Source: Pseudobdellovibrionaceae bacterium (GTDB lineage Bacteria; Bdellovibrionota; Bdellovibrionia; Bdellovibrionales; JAGQZY01). From it: 64,000 bases of DNA. Made by a program: the position numbers and the translations under genes. The notes under the pieces are model-generated. The model was not told the origin of the DNA. It ran no database searches and saw only the letters and a program-made list of their open reading frames with translations. Location: NCBI GenBank assembly GCA_020635085.1, contig JACKAL010000001.1, positions 221,318 through 285,317 on the forward strand, read 5' to 3'. Below, piece after piece: positions 8,785 through 18,808 of the stretch; position 1 is the stretch's first letter; each line of letters starts with the position of its first letter.

Positions 8785-10188
8785 TTAAAATTCAAAGTAG
8801 ATAAATTTCTGCACATCTTCTGCGGAAAAAATAATTGATAAAAACAATAGTAATAACGAAAGGGAGACCAGAGTCATACGATGGCGTGTAAATGATAATG
8901 TTTTATGTATTTGATGATGAAACATTAAATGTAAAGGAACAAAAGTAAAAATTAAAAGGAAGGAGGCATCGGTGTGATCAAAACGCAAAAGGTGTCTGGT
9001 GTCCGAAGCAAGGGTTACCAAAACATCTTTTGCAACAGAGAGGTTTCTGGCGCGAAAAAAAACCCATGCTACAACAACAATGGCCATGGTGTAGGACCAT
9101 TGTAGGAATGCTTTTAATTTAGGTGTTTTTGCAAAAGGAATAAAAGTGAGTTGAGAAGTTACAAAACGTTCAATGGCAAGCACGCCGCCATGAATGCCTC
9201 CCCATATCACAAAGGTCCAATTGGCGCCGTGCCATAACCCACCCAGAAGCATAGTGATGAGCAGGTTGCGATAGGTGAGCCAAGTGGTAAAACGAGAGCC
9301 GCCGAGGGGAATATACAAGTAGTCACGCAGCCAAAGAGAAAGTGTAATGTGCCAACGTCTCCAAAAATCTTGTAAACTCTTTGCTGAATAAGGGAGGTTA
9401 AAATTGATTGGGACTGAAATACCAAACATAAGCGCTGAGCCAACCGCCATGGTTGAATATCCCCAGAAGTCACCTAATATTTGAATGGTGTATCCTAGCA
9501 CACCTTGCAGGGTGTTTCCTGAGCTAAAACTCTGAGGGGCATCAAAAATTTTATCGACAAAAGGGGCAATGCCATCGGCAAAAGTCACTTTCAAAAAAAG
9601 TCCTATGGTAACTAAGGTAAAACCATTAAAAATGGTTTGCCAGGTGAACGGAATTTTTTTTTGCAACTGTGGCATGAGTTCGTTGCGGTGGCATATGGGG
9701 CCTGCAATCAATTGGGGAAAGAACATGATAAAAAGAATGACGTCGAGAGGGTTTTTATCGAACTTAAATTTTTCCTCTTTAGCGTCTAGGGTGTAGGAGA
9801 TGATCTGAAAAGAGTAAAAAGAAATGCCTAAAGGAAGTAGTAAATGGAGTTTGGGCGCATTGTACGTAAGGTTCAACGCTTGCGCCATATGTTCGATATT
9901 GTACAAAATAAACTGAGAGTACTTGAAGTAAGCCAGTAAACCCAGGGTGGTAAAAACAGCGAAATAAGAGATACGCGATGAGTGCCACTTCTTTTGTAAA
10001 TGGGCACAAAACCAATTTAGGAGGCAGACCGCCCAAAGCAAAAGAATAAACGGTGCATTCCAGCTCATGTAAAAGATGGCGCTCGAAATAAAAAGAATAA
10101 CTTTACGTATCGATTGTAAAGGGGTTACCCAATACAATACGACAGTAAGTATAAGAAGGATAAAGTATTCAAACGAGTTAAATAGCAT
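8785..10188 (-). CDS. MBOAT-family membrane O-acyltransferase (AlgI/DltB/PatA-like)
   Basis: 467 aa and polytopic. WRRWHITLSLWLRDYLYIPLGG and GGLWHGANW are the MBOAT signature. Confidence 0.92.
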   Translation of the reverse strand: MLFNSFEYFILLILTVVLYWVTPLQSIRKVILFISSAIFYMSWNAPFILLLWAVCLLNWFCAHLQKKWHSSRISYFAVFTTLGLLAYFKYSQFILYNIEHMAQALNLTYNAPKLHLLLPLGISFYSFQIISYTLDAKEEKFKFDKNPLDVILFIMFFPQLIAGPICHRNELMPQLQKKIPFTWQTIFNGFTLVTIGLFLKVTFADGIAPFVDKIFDAPQSFSSGNTLQGVLGYTIQILGDFWGYSTMAVGSALMFGISVPINFNLPYSAKSLQDFWRRWHITLSLWLRDYLYIPLGGSRFTTWLTYRNLLITMLLGGLWHGANWTFVIWGGIHGGVLAIERFVTSQLTFIPFAKTPKLKAFLQWSYTMAIVVVAWVFFRARNLSVAKDVLVTLASDTRHLLRFDHTDASFLLIFTFVPLHLMFHHQIHKTLSFTRHRMTLVSLSLLLLFLSIIFSAEDVQKFIYFEF

Positions 10189-10191
10189 GCA

Positions 10192-11130
10192 CTATTTAAG
10201 ACAACCGTAAAGAACTCTGTACTGACTCAGCGGATACTCAAAGGGGTGTGGTGCTAAAACTTTAAATACCGCACTAAAACCAGCTTCTTTAAGAGCGCGA
10301 AGAAGTGACTCTTCACGAGCCCAAAAACTGTAGGTATTGTCTAAAGAGGCACGGACTTGATTGAGTCTTTCTTTTTCAGTAGCTCCCTCACGGTGTTCTT
10401 GGAATAAATAACCCTCAAAGCGTCCATCCGCCATCACCGGGCCCTTAAGGCGATGGTTGGTAACAGAATCAAACTCTGATACGTGGGTGTATATAAATCC
10501 TAGACGATCTGTCATATCGGCGAAGTTTTGCAACATCGGCCAAAAATCATTTTCGCCTAAGTGGTGCAAAATACCTAGAAGAAGGGTGATATCAAAAGAG
10601 CCAATATCTTTTTTGCCGACGGTGCGAACATCGGATTGAAGAAATTTACAACGCTCATCAAAACCGAAAGCTTTTGCGGCAAAAGTGGAACGTTTCACAT
10701 AAAGATCGCGTCCTTCCACGCCCATTACGGTGGCGCCGAGATTGGCAAACTCAATACTATGACCAGCCTCTCCGCAGGCGAGGTCTAAAACAGATAGGCC
10801 ATTTAAATTATCACGACCAAGGAAACTTTTTGTAAAGTCCACAATGCCCTCACCAATTGTTTTGAGGCCGGTGGCTTTTTTAAAAAAAACAGCATCGGAA
10901 GGATTAACAGATTTTAGATTGTGACCAAAATCATAGTAGTGGGCCCAGGGGGTTGAGGGCTCTAATTTTTTCAGCTCACTTTGGATTTCATGCTGCGACA
11001 ATACTCCAGTATATTTTTGTGTAGGTTGTCGTAGAGCTACTGTTCCCTTGCTCGGGTTCGTACTTTTTCCAGGGGTTCCAGTTTTTGCATTATGCTTTGA
11101 AGCTGCTTTTTTAAAAATTTTTTGTAGCAC
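10192..11130 (-). CDS. class I SAM-dependent methyltransferase
   Basis: VLDLACGEAGHSIEF (motif I) and FDITLLLGILHHL. It lies 3 nt upstream of the MBOAT start. Confidence 0.8.
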   Translation of the reverse strand: MLQKIFKKAASKHNAKTGTPGKSTNPSKGTVALRQPTQKYTGVLSQHEIQSELKKLEPSTPWAHYYDFGHNLKSVNPSDAVFFKKATGLKTIGEGIVDFTKSFLGRDNLNGLSVLDLACGEAGHSIEFANLGATVMGVEGRDLYVKRSTFAAKAFGFDERCKFLQSDVRTVGKKDIGSFDITLLLGILHHLGENDFWPMLQNFADMTDRLGFIYTHVSEFDSVTNHRLKGPVMADGRFEGYLFQEHREGATEKERLNQVRASLDNTYSFWAREESLLRALKEAGFSAVFKVLAPHPFEYPLSQYRVLYGCLK

Positions 11131-11217
11131 GATAGTTCCCCTTATTTTTTGTTAAGTTTGATTTTATTCTCTTTTTGTGGAGCTGAGTCAAAGTCTTTTA
11201 ATGGTTTTAGAGGGTTC

Positions 11218-12300
11218 TTAGGCATTCGTCCTCATTTCTTTTTGGCTCCATTTAACAAGATTTGAAATGCCCTCCCGAAACGTGATTTCCGGTTGCCAAC
11301 CGAGAATTTTCTGGGCTTTTCTGGTGTCTCCACACGCATAGCGGATATCTCCAGGGCGAAAATTCCCTGATACGCCTATCAAGTTTTCAGAAGCGTTTAG
11401 GGTATCGGCAATTGTTTTTGCGGCTTGTAAGATGGTTGTGGGTTGGCCAGAGCCCAAGTTTATGATCTCTCCGTTACGGATATTTTTTTGTAAACCGAGG
11501 ACAAGGCCGGATGCAATATCATCGACATAAATAAAGTCGCGCACAATTTGTCCGTCTTCAAAGATCTCAATAGGCTCTCCACGAAGGAGTCGAGCAGTGA
11601 ATATCGACAGAACACCTGTGTAAGGGTTTCTTAAAGACTGGCCAGCACCATAAACATTTTGAAAACGAAAAATAAGGGATTTACTTTTAAGTCTTGATTG
11701 CAGCGTTAAATACTCTTGCATTAATTTGGTCGAAGCATAAACGGATGTGGGTTGGGGAGATGCGGTTTCTGTGGCCGGTATAGGCTCACCTAAAACCGTT
11801 CCCGATAGCATGATAGGATTGAATATTTTTTGGCGTATGGCGTCCTCTGTTCTTGCAGGGGGAACGACAGGTGTTTGAGATTCTGGGTTATGCCATGGCC
11901 CCTCTCCGTAGACAGCACGTGATGAAGCGAGAACAAATTGTTGTAGATTGGGCGCATGTTTTAGTAGGGATTCAATGAGAATAGCTGTACCTTGTACGTT
12001 AACAGAGCAGTAGCGCTGTATCTCGTCCATAGATTGGAAGGTGCCAGTCTCTGCTGCTAGATGAAACACGTGTGTAGGTAAAAAAGAGCAGATTGCGGCA
12101 TCCACAGCGGCCTTGTCTTGGATGTCAGCCTTTACACAGGTCACATGTGTTGGTAAATGGGGAAAGTGGGCATTAGGTCCGTGCACCTGTTCGTGTAGGT
12201 TATCAAATACACAGATGGGAGCGGATGGGTGTAGCTCCAACAGATTTTTAATAAGCCGCAGGCCAATAAATCCTGCGCCGCCAGTAATTAGTATTCTCAT
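11218..12300 (-). CDS. NAD-dependent sugar epimerase/dehydratase (extended SDR)
   Basis: MRILITGGAGFIGLRL and YASTK (YxxxK), 360 aa. Confidence 0.88.
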   Translation of the reverse strand: MRILITGGAGFIGLRLIKNLLELHPSAPICVFDNLHEQVHGPNAHFPHLPTHVTCVKADIQDKAAVDAAICSFLPTHVFHLAAETGTFQSMDEIQRYCSVNVQGTAILIESLLKHAPNLQQFVLASSRAVYGEGPWHNPESQTPVVPPARTEDAIRQKIFNPIMLSGTVLGEPIPATETASPQPTSVYASTKLMQEYLTLQSRLKSKSLIFRFQNVYGAGQSLRNPYTGVLSIFTARLLRGEPIEIFEDGQIVRDFIYVDDIASGLVLGLQKNIRNGEIINLGSGQPTTILQAAKTIADTLNASENLIGVSGNFRPGDIRYACGDTRKAQKILGWQPEITFREGISNLVKWSQKEMRTNA

Positions 12301-12466
12301 TCATTTCCTAGGATAAATAATATTATTTATTGCCAGAGTTAAATAGCATCAATTGGCTACTAAATCTAGGGGCTGTTAACGTTTATCTGGGACTTTGACG
12401 CAAATCCCAAGAGCTTAACTTAAATATAAGCAAAAAGACTGCCGATTTTACATGTCATGAGGCGAT

Positions 12467-13570
12467 CTATAAAACTTGGTCGAGATGGTCTATGCAATGG
12501 GAGTCGAATAAATTTTTCTGAACAAATTTTTGGCTGAGGGAATCCAGATTTTCCTGTTTGTTGTAAATAGCTCGAATGTGATTTATCCAGTCTTGAGTAT
12601 TCTTGAGTATGGGTAAAGGTGCGTACTTTTGGACATCTAGATTATAGCCTGAGATAAGAATCGGTTTTTGAAGTACTGCAGCATCAAGGGCAATGGTTGA
12701 TGGGGTTGTCACAACAACGTCGGAGATAGAAACAATAGCCGGACCGGTGTAGGGCTCCCATTGGGGAGATTTTGGATCTAAAATTAAAATATTTTTTGGA
12801 AAGTTAAAGTCCAACTTACAACGATCTGTTAGCCAGCGTCCCTCATGGTGGGGCTTAATTAAAAATGTGATCTCCGGAAGCTGCTGTGCGGTGACAATAA
12901 AATCTTCTATGAACTGGTTGCGAAATAGATCGTCATAACGGTTCCAATGGAGGTTTTCAAATACTCCAACGACAAAGGGTGCTGGTTTTTTTAGCTCTGT
13001 TGCAACTGAAAAACGTTTTGTGCATCCAAAAGGAATGCATTTATTTTTGGTGTCTTGACGAATGTGAGGGTGAAGTTGGGAAGTGTCTGACCAAATAAGA
13101 ATTTTTTTTGAGGCAAACTGAATATCTTTGATAGGGAACTGGGTGTCACTATAGGTGAGGCCAATATTTTCTAGGCCATGTTGCATAGTTATCGTTTTCT
13201 TGCCAAGGAGATTAGCAAGACGGGTAAAGAAGTAGCCAAATTTATGAGGGCGTGCCGATGTTTCCACGGCGCTGATCACAACCCTACTAAAAAGAATGGC
13301 CTTTACAGCTTTAAGGAAGTCGACTTTAGACTCAACACTTTGCCACTGAATGGGCATTTCTTGTAGGTAGCGCATAATTCGCGGAGATTTTGGAAGCATT
13401 TTTTTATAAACAAGGCAAATCACTTGGTGGTGCTTGCTGAGGCGATCCTCGATGATGGGAGACAGTAAATCAAGGTCTTGAGGCAAGTGAATGAGAAAGC
13501 AAAAAGTTTGTTTTTTCATAGATCCATGTTGTTGGCTGAATGGAACTAGTTTTTGTCTAAAATAAGGCAT
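12467..13570 (-). CDS. hypothetical protein, possible GT-B-like transferase
   Basis: 367 aa. The C-terminal VVTTPSTIALDAAVLQKPILI resembles the donor-binding half of GT-B enzymes. No firm family assignment. Confidence 0.45.
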   Translation of the reverse strand: MPYFRQKLVPFSQQHGSMKKQTFCFLIHLPQDLDLLSPIIEDRLSKHHQVICLVYKKMLPKSPRIMRYLQEMPIQWQSVESKVDFLKAVKAILFSRVVISAVETSARPHKFGYFFTRLANLLGKKTITMQHGLENIGLTYSDTQFPIKDIQFASKKILIWSDTSQLHPHIRQDTKNKCIPFGCTKRFSVATELKKPAPFVVGVFENLHWNRYDDLFRNQFIEDFIVTAQQLPEITFLIKPHHEGRWLTDRCKLDFNFPKNILILDPKSPQWEPYTGPAIVSISDVVVTTPSTIALDAAVLQKPILISGYNLDVQKYAPLPILKNTQDWINHIRAIYNKQENLDSLSQKFVQKNLFDSHCIDHLDQVL

Positions 13571-13733
13571 TTAGCAATAGTAAAGCCGATCAAATATTTT
13601 TATAACGCACATCCTTTGTGAGTAGTAAATACTCCTATTTCCTGCGATATGTAGATTTGAATTTCATAAAAGATGCGTGTAATAATTATTTTAAAACCGA
13701 TATTAGAGTAAAGTACTTTTTTGGGAGGCAATA

Positions 13734-14654
13734 ATGGCCAAATATAAAGTTTTTGTAGGTACAGATACGTCACAGCAGTTAGCTGTAAAAGTTTTAGAGC
13801 ACTCTATCAAAAAATATGCATCCGAAGATGTGGATGTAATACCAATGTGCGACCTTCCTGTACCGGTTCCTAAGCTTGTACGTAATCAACAACGTACAGG
13901 TTTTTCCTTTAGTCGTTTTTGCATTCCAAAACTGATGAATTACCAAGGGAAAGCGATTTATGTTGATGCGGATATGCAGGTATTCTCAGATATTATGGAA
14001 ATTTTTAATTGGCCAATGAATAATCACAAAATCATAATTCAAAAACCATTAGAGAAAACAGAAGCAGATACGCATCACAAAATTGGAGCTCCTAAAAAGC
14101 GCATTCGTCAATGTTCCGTGATGCTTATTGATTGTGAAAAAGCGCACTGGGACGTGGAGGAGATCGTCGCTGGTCTCGATCAGGGTCGTTATAACTACGA
14201 GCAACTGATGTATGAACTATGTATTTTAAAAGAAGATGAAATTGGTGAAGAGCTTCCCTTTACATGGAATAGCCTTGAGCAGTATGACAAAAACACACAG
14301 CTAATCCACTACACAGACATGAAAACTCAGCCATGGGTAAGCACACGTAATGTCAATGGCTGGGTTTGGTTTAAAGAGGTGCGTGAAATGCTACGTAACG
14401 GCTCATTAAAGGAAGAAGACGTTGCGGCTGAGATTAAAAAGGGTTATTTTCGTCCATCGCTACTAATAGATGTAAAACATTACAATAAAATACCGAGCCC
14501 CTTGTTTTATGCGTGGGCTGGCTTGTTGCACATGTATGATTCTCTTTTAGGCTACGAGCCCCACAAAGAAGTGTATGAACGTTCGGGAAGAATCAAAAAA
14601 GCATTAAAAGAAGAACAGCGCATGGCTGGTTTGAGCATGGCTCAGAAAGCTTAG
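13734..14654 (+). CDS. GT8-like glycosyltransferase
   Basis: AIYVDADMQVF (DxD) and LIHYTDMKTQPW (GT8 H..KPW-like). GGGAGG RBS upstream. Confidence 0.68.
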   Translation: MAKYKVFVGTDTSQQLAVKVLEHSIKKYASEDVDVIPMCDLPVPVPKLVRNQQRTGFSFSRFCIPKLMNYQGKAIYVDADMQVFSDIMEIFNWPMNNHKIIIQKPLEKTEADTHHKIGAPKKRIRQCSVMLIDCEKAHWDVEEIVAGLDQGRYNYEQLMYELCILKEDEIGEELPFTWNSLEQYDKNTQLIHYTDMKTQPWVSTRNVNGWVWFKEVREMLRNGSLKEEDVAAEIKKGYFRPSLLIDVKHYNKIPSPLFYAWAGLLHMYDSLLGYEPHKEVYERSGRIKKALKEEQRMAGLSMAQKA

Positions 14655-15340
14655 ATAAACTCATGGGCCTTGGGCCCAGTGTGAAAAAGTAGATCGATAA
14701 TCGAGGCACTTTTAATAAAAAGAGCCTTTTGTTGAGGGTAAAGAGGTTGAGTGTAGTGGAAGAATTCAACATGAATGTTTTCTTTTGTGAATGCTTTAGT
14801 ACTATCTATATAGTTTTTTGCAGAAGGGCCAGATAAGTAATGAGAGCCGTTTAATTTTTTTATTAAAAAAATTAAACGTTGTAATCGATCTAGCTGCGGA
14901 TCAATAGGAATTTCGCTCGATCGATGGAATTGGCAATTCAGATGTAAAAAATTTGCTATGTCTTTAGTTAATGCGATATCTAGATCTGCTATGAACAACC
15001 ACTCCTGATTTAGTCGTTTTTCTATCCAGCTGTAGTAGTCTTCGAAATATGGTGTGGTTCGATAGCTTTGTTTAAGTTGGCCAAGTATTTTTCTTGACCA
15101 ATTTTGGTCATTATCTATTGCTGTTTCATAAATTTTTTGACCAAACCTATTTTTTGTTTTTACGGGAACTGATAACCATTTTAGTTCATTATTGAGCACG
15201 CAACGATTTCGATTGCGCCAGCCATGCTTATCGTATTGGACATCGTCATAAAAAATAAAATGTTGAGATCTTTTGATAAAGGCAAAGTAGCCTTGCCAGG
15301 GAAGAAAGCTTGGTTGGATAATTGAAATAGTAGTGTTCAT
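14651..15340 (-). CDS. WbqC-family protein (function unknown, polysaccharide-locus associated)
   Basis: ATG 15340 gives MNTTISIIQPSFLPWQGYF and lies 1 nt after the wecE stop. YDDVQYDKHGWRNRN and SIIDLLF match my recollection of the WbqC-like family. Confidence 0.72.
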   Translation of the reverse strand: MNTTISIIQPSFLPWQGYFAFIKRSQHFIFYDDVQYDKHGWRNRNRCVLNNELKWLSVPVKTKNRFGQKIYETAIDNDQNWSRKILGQLKQSYRTTPYFEDYYSWIEKRLNQEWLFIADLDIALTKDIANFLHLNCQFHRSSEIPIDPQLDRLQRLIFLIKKLNGSHYLSGPSAKNYIDSTKAFTKENIHVEFFHYTQPLYPQQKALFIKSASIIDLLFHTGPKAHEFI

Positions 15341-15341
15341 C

Positions 15342-16493
15342 TTAGGGTTTGAAACTATATAGTGATTCAACAACGAGTTGAGTTTGTTCAATTGATAAGC
15401 TTGTGAAAAATGGAAGCCTTAAAATTCGATTACTAATGTCCTCAGTAATCGGACACGAACCTAGCTTGCCTCCGAGTTTTTTTCCCATTTCAGACAAGTG
15501 GAGTGGGGTATAATGAAAAACACTATAAATCCCTTTAGACTGTAAGTGCTCCATGAGTGTACTGCGAAACTCTAAAGAAGGAGTTATAACGTAAAACATA
15601 TGATATGCTTGTTCACAGTGAGGGGGGACGAAGGGGAGATTGGTATTTGTATGTTTTGACCATTCAGATAGTGCATTAAAATAAAAATTCCAAATTTGTC
15701 TTCTTTTTTCTTGTACATTAGTTGCGTGCTCTAGTTGAGCATACAAAAAAGCGCTTAAGATATCAGATGGTAAAAAACTTGAGCCAATGTCAACCCATGT
15801 GTATTTATCAACTAAGCCACGATAGAATTGCTTTCTATTTGTTCCTTTGTCTCGGAGGATCTCGGCTCGTGCAATATATTGGCTGTCATTAATAAATAAG
15901 GCACCGCCTTCTCCACACGTGAAGTTTTTTGTTTCATGAAAGCTTTGTGTTGCCAGTGCGCCAAACGTGCCAAGATTTTTGCCTTTATATTTGCCAAATA
16001 GTCCGTGAGCATTATCCTCAATCACAGCAATATTATGTTCTTTGGCAATAGATAGAATATCATCCATTTCACAGCCCACACCTGCATAGTGTACAGGTAT
16101 AATGGCTTTGGTTTTAGACGTGATTTTCTTTCTTAAAATTGATTCGTCTATATTGAGTGTATCAGGCCTTATGTCAACAAATACGGGTCGAGCACCTCTA
16201 AGTATGAAGGCATTGACTGTTGATACAAAAGTGAAAGAAGGTACTAAGATTTCGTCTCCAGGATTAATGTTTAGAAGCAGCGCCGCCATTTCAAGTGCGT
16301 CTGTACAAGATGTTGTTAATAGGCATTTTGGTAGTGAGAATTCTTTTTCGAAAAATTCAGTACATTTTTTTGTATAGCTTCCATCCCCAGATATATGTCC
16401 TTGACGTATCGCATCTGTGATATACTCAAGCTCGCTACCCAGAAAACTCGGCTTATTAAAGGGTACAATAAGGTCACTATTTTTTGTCTGCAT
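15342..16493 (-). CDS. wecE: dTDP-4-amino-4,6-dideoxyhexose (WecE/DegT-type) PLP aminotransferase
   Basis: It looks collinear with what I recall of E. coli WecE. Shared motifs: PFNKP..GSELEY, SCTDALEMAALLL, PSFTFVSTVNAF, VHYAGVGCEMD, FHETKNFTCGEGGAL (PLP lysine), RDKGTNR, DKYTWVDIGSS and LRLPFF. Confidence 0.88.
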   Translation of the reverse strand: MQTKNSDLIVPFNKPSFLGSELEYITDAIRQGHISGDGSYTKKCTEFFEKEFSLPKCLLTTSCTDALEMAALLLNINPGDEILVPSFTFVSTVNAFILRGARPVFVDIRPDTLNIDESILRKKITSKTKAIIPVHYAGVGCEMDDILSIAKEHNIAVIEDNAHGLFGKYKGKNLGTFGALATQSFHETKNFTCGEGGALFINDSQYIARAEILRDKGTNRKQFYRGLVDKYTWVDIGSSFLPSDILSAFLYAQLEHATNVQEKRRQIWNFYFNALSEWSKHTNTNLPFVPPHCEQAYHMFYVITPSLEFRSTLMEHLQSKGIYSVFHYTPLHLSEMGKKLGGKLGSCPITEDISNRILRLPFFTSLSIEQTQLVVESLYSFKP

Positions 16494-16650
16494 GCACTTG
16501 CAGGATATACGGTAAGAGGGTTACATTGCCAACGTCTTCGCTTGTTTTGCGATAATTTGCGCGTAGAGTTATTAAATAGGAATAGACTTTCTAATATGAG
16601 CTTATATAAATGTCACAAATAGTTTATTTTACTCAGAAAGTTGGAAGTTT

Positions 16651-17424
16651 ATGGCAAGTAATCATGAGTCCACACGCATTAGTTATTCGAGCTCAGAAAG
16701 TCTAAAAGCTAGAAGTGAATTGTTCGAGCGATTGCAAAATTATCAGGCGACTCCAGAGGAGATGGAGAGATCTTTAGGTTTGTTTGTTAGAGGATCACTG
16801 CTTGCGCGTTTTTTTGGTATACGTGAAGTATACGAAAAAATTGTTAATAAACCTGGTATTATCATCGACTTGGGTACATGGAGGGGACAAACAGCTGTAT
16901 TATGCGAAAATTTACGTGCCATTTTTGAGCCATTGCATTTAAATCGACGTATTGTTTGTTTTGATACCTTTGAAGGGTATAAAGGGTTTTCTAGTAAAGA
17001 TAAGCCATCTGAAATTCACAAAGATGGTACATACAAGGTTCAACAAGATTATGCGATTTATTTGCAAGACCTTCTCGAGATTCATGAAAAAAACAATGCT
17101 ATGGGACACAACTTTGGTAAGCATAAGGTTCTCAAGGGTGATTGTAGAGAAAAATTAAAAGAATTTTTTGCAACGAATTCTCATGAGGTTGTTGCACTGG
17201 CCTTTTTTGATGTGAACTCATACGATCCCACACTGAAATCTTTTGAAATGATTTATGATAGGTTGGTTCCAGGTGGGATAGTTGCATTTTGGCAACTGAC
17301 TCGTGAGTCAATACCAGCAGAGGGAATGGTGTATGCGACTGAAATAATGCAAAAATATAAGCATGAAATCTTCCGCTCCCAGTTTTACCCTGGGCTTTGC
17401 TATATTAAAAAGGAGGGAATATGA
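16651..17424 (+). CDS. TylF/MycF-like sugar O-methyltransferase
   Basis: IIIDLGTWRGQT, CFDTFEGYKGF and FFDVNSYDPT resemble the TylF macrocin-O-methyltransferase family. Confidence 0.62.
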   Translation: MASNHESTRISYSSSESLKARSELFERLQNYQATPEEMERSLGLFVRGSLLARFFGIREVYEKIVNKPGIIIDLGTWRGQTAVLCENLRAIFEPLHLNRRIVCFDTFEGYKGFSSKDKPSEIHKDGTYKVQQDYAIYLQDLLEIHEKNNAMGHNFGKHKVLKGDCREKLKEFFATNSHEVVALAFFDVNSYDPTLKSFEMIYDRLVPGGIVAFWQLTRESIPAEGMVYATEIMQKYKHEIFRSQFYPGLCYIKKEGI

Positions 17425-18806
17425 GCGTTATTATAGTTGGTAATGGTGTTTTAGGTTTAACAACTGCTTATCGATTGGCGCAACTTGCTCCTGATTTACC
17501 TGTAAAGATCATTGGTCCAGATCATCATAAGGGATGTGCATCACTTGCTGCGGCTGCAATGCTTAATTCGTTTTGCGAGGTTGAGCCTCGAACCTTAAAT
17601 CACCCAATTTTAAAAGAGCGGTTTCTTTTAAATCGTGAAGCTGTTCCTCTTTGGCCCGAGTTTCTAAAAAATCTTATAAACGAGTCTGGTGTGCAAATTT
17701 ATCATGGGTTTGGTACGTATTTAATTGAAAACCATGCTGCAGATGAGTTGGATGATCTTAATTTTAATGCCGTAATAGACGCGCTAAAGAAATTTGAAGA
17801 GCCGTTTTCCTATGTAGAATCATCACAGATACCTAATTATGCACCAAGTAGCCGTTTGCGTGCGGCAAATGCGATTCTTATCCCAAATGAAGGTTTTTTG
17901 AATCCGGTCGATTTATTTGCAGCCTTAAAGGCACGCTTACAACAATTTCAAAATGTTGAGTTTGTTAATCAAACAGTGGATCATGTTATCGCTAATGGTA
18001 GTAGTGTGAGGTCGGTTGTTTTAAATAATGGTAAGCAAGTTGATGGTACTATGTTTTTTCTTGCTCCTGGTGCTACTTTTTCAAAAATAGTTGAGAAATC
18101 AAATCTACCGATTTCTTTTCCTAAAGTGTTTTATGGAGTTGGTTGTAGCATTTTATTAAAGACTGGCGACTTTACACATTCTTATTGTGTAAGAACTCCA
18201 AATAGGGGGCTTGCTTGTGGTGTTTACTCTGCTCCTTTCGACAGAGAGCATACAATTATAGGAGCTAGTAACTTTATTTCACCAGTTCCTGAAGATGCGG
18301 TACGCCTCACAAGTGTCCATACACTTATTGAAGCTGCGATGGAACAAATAAATACGGTTTTCTATCGTAGTCAATTGGTGAAAGTGAATGTCGGATGGCG
18401 ACCAACTTCAGAGGACACTCTACCAATTCTTGGTCAAACACAGCTTGATAATCTAGTTGTTGCCACTGGTACAAAAAGGGATGGCCTTCATTGTTCGCCA
18501 TTGTTATCAACTCTTTTTGCTCGTCTTTTGCTTAAAGAAAGTATTGACTATGATCTTTCACTTTATTCGCCACACAGAAAGCGTGTTTCACTTTTTACAA
18601 GAGATGAGGCGATTGAGGATTCAGTAAATCATACTATAAATGCTGCTTACCAACATGGTTTCGTGCCTGCGCACAATCGTATGATTGAAGAGTTACGAAG
18701 TTATTATCAAAAAGAGTTTTCTGATTTGCATGATAAGGTAGGTGCCATAGAGTGGGGTATTCCTCCTGAGCTTGTGAATATGTATAAGTTTGGTCATTTA
18801 AGTTAG
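17421..18806 (+). CDS. FAD-dependent oxidoreductase (DAO/glycine-oxidase-like)
   Basis: VIIVGNGVLGLTTAYRLA dinucleotide-binding fingerprint at the N-terminus, 461 aa. ATGA overlap with the upstream ORF. Confidence 0.78.
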   Translation: MSVIIVGNGVLGLTTAYRLAQLAPDLPVKIIGPDHHKGCASLAAAAMLNSFCEVEPRTLNHPILKERFLLNREAVPLWPEFLKNLINESGVQIYHGFGTYLIENHAADELDDLNFNAVIDALKKFEEPFSYVESSQIPNYAPSSRLRAANAILIPNEGFLNPVDLFAALKARLQQFQNVEFVNQTVDHVIANGSSVRSVVLNNGKQVDGTMFFLAPGATFSKIVEKSNLPISFPKVFYGVGCSILLKTGDFTHSYCVRTPNRGLACGVYSAPFDREHTIIGASNFISPVPEDAVRLTSVHTLIEAAMEQINTVFYRSQLVKVNVGWRPTSEDTLPILGQTQLDNLVVATGTKRDGLHCSPLLSTLFARLLLKESIDYDLSLYSPHRKRVSLFTRDEAIEDSVNHTINAAYQHGFVPAHNRMIEELRSYYQKEFSDLHDKVGAIEWGIPPELVNMYKFGHLS

Positions 18807-18808
18807 TT

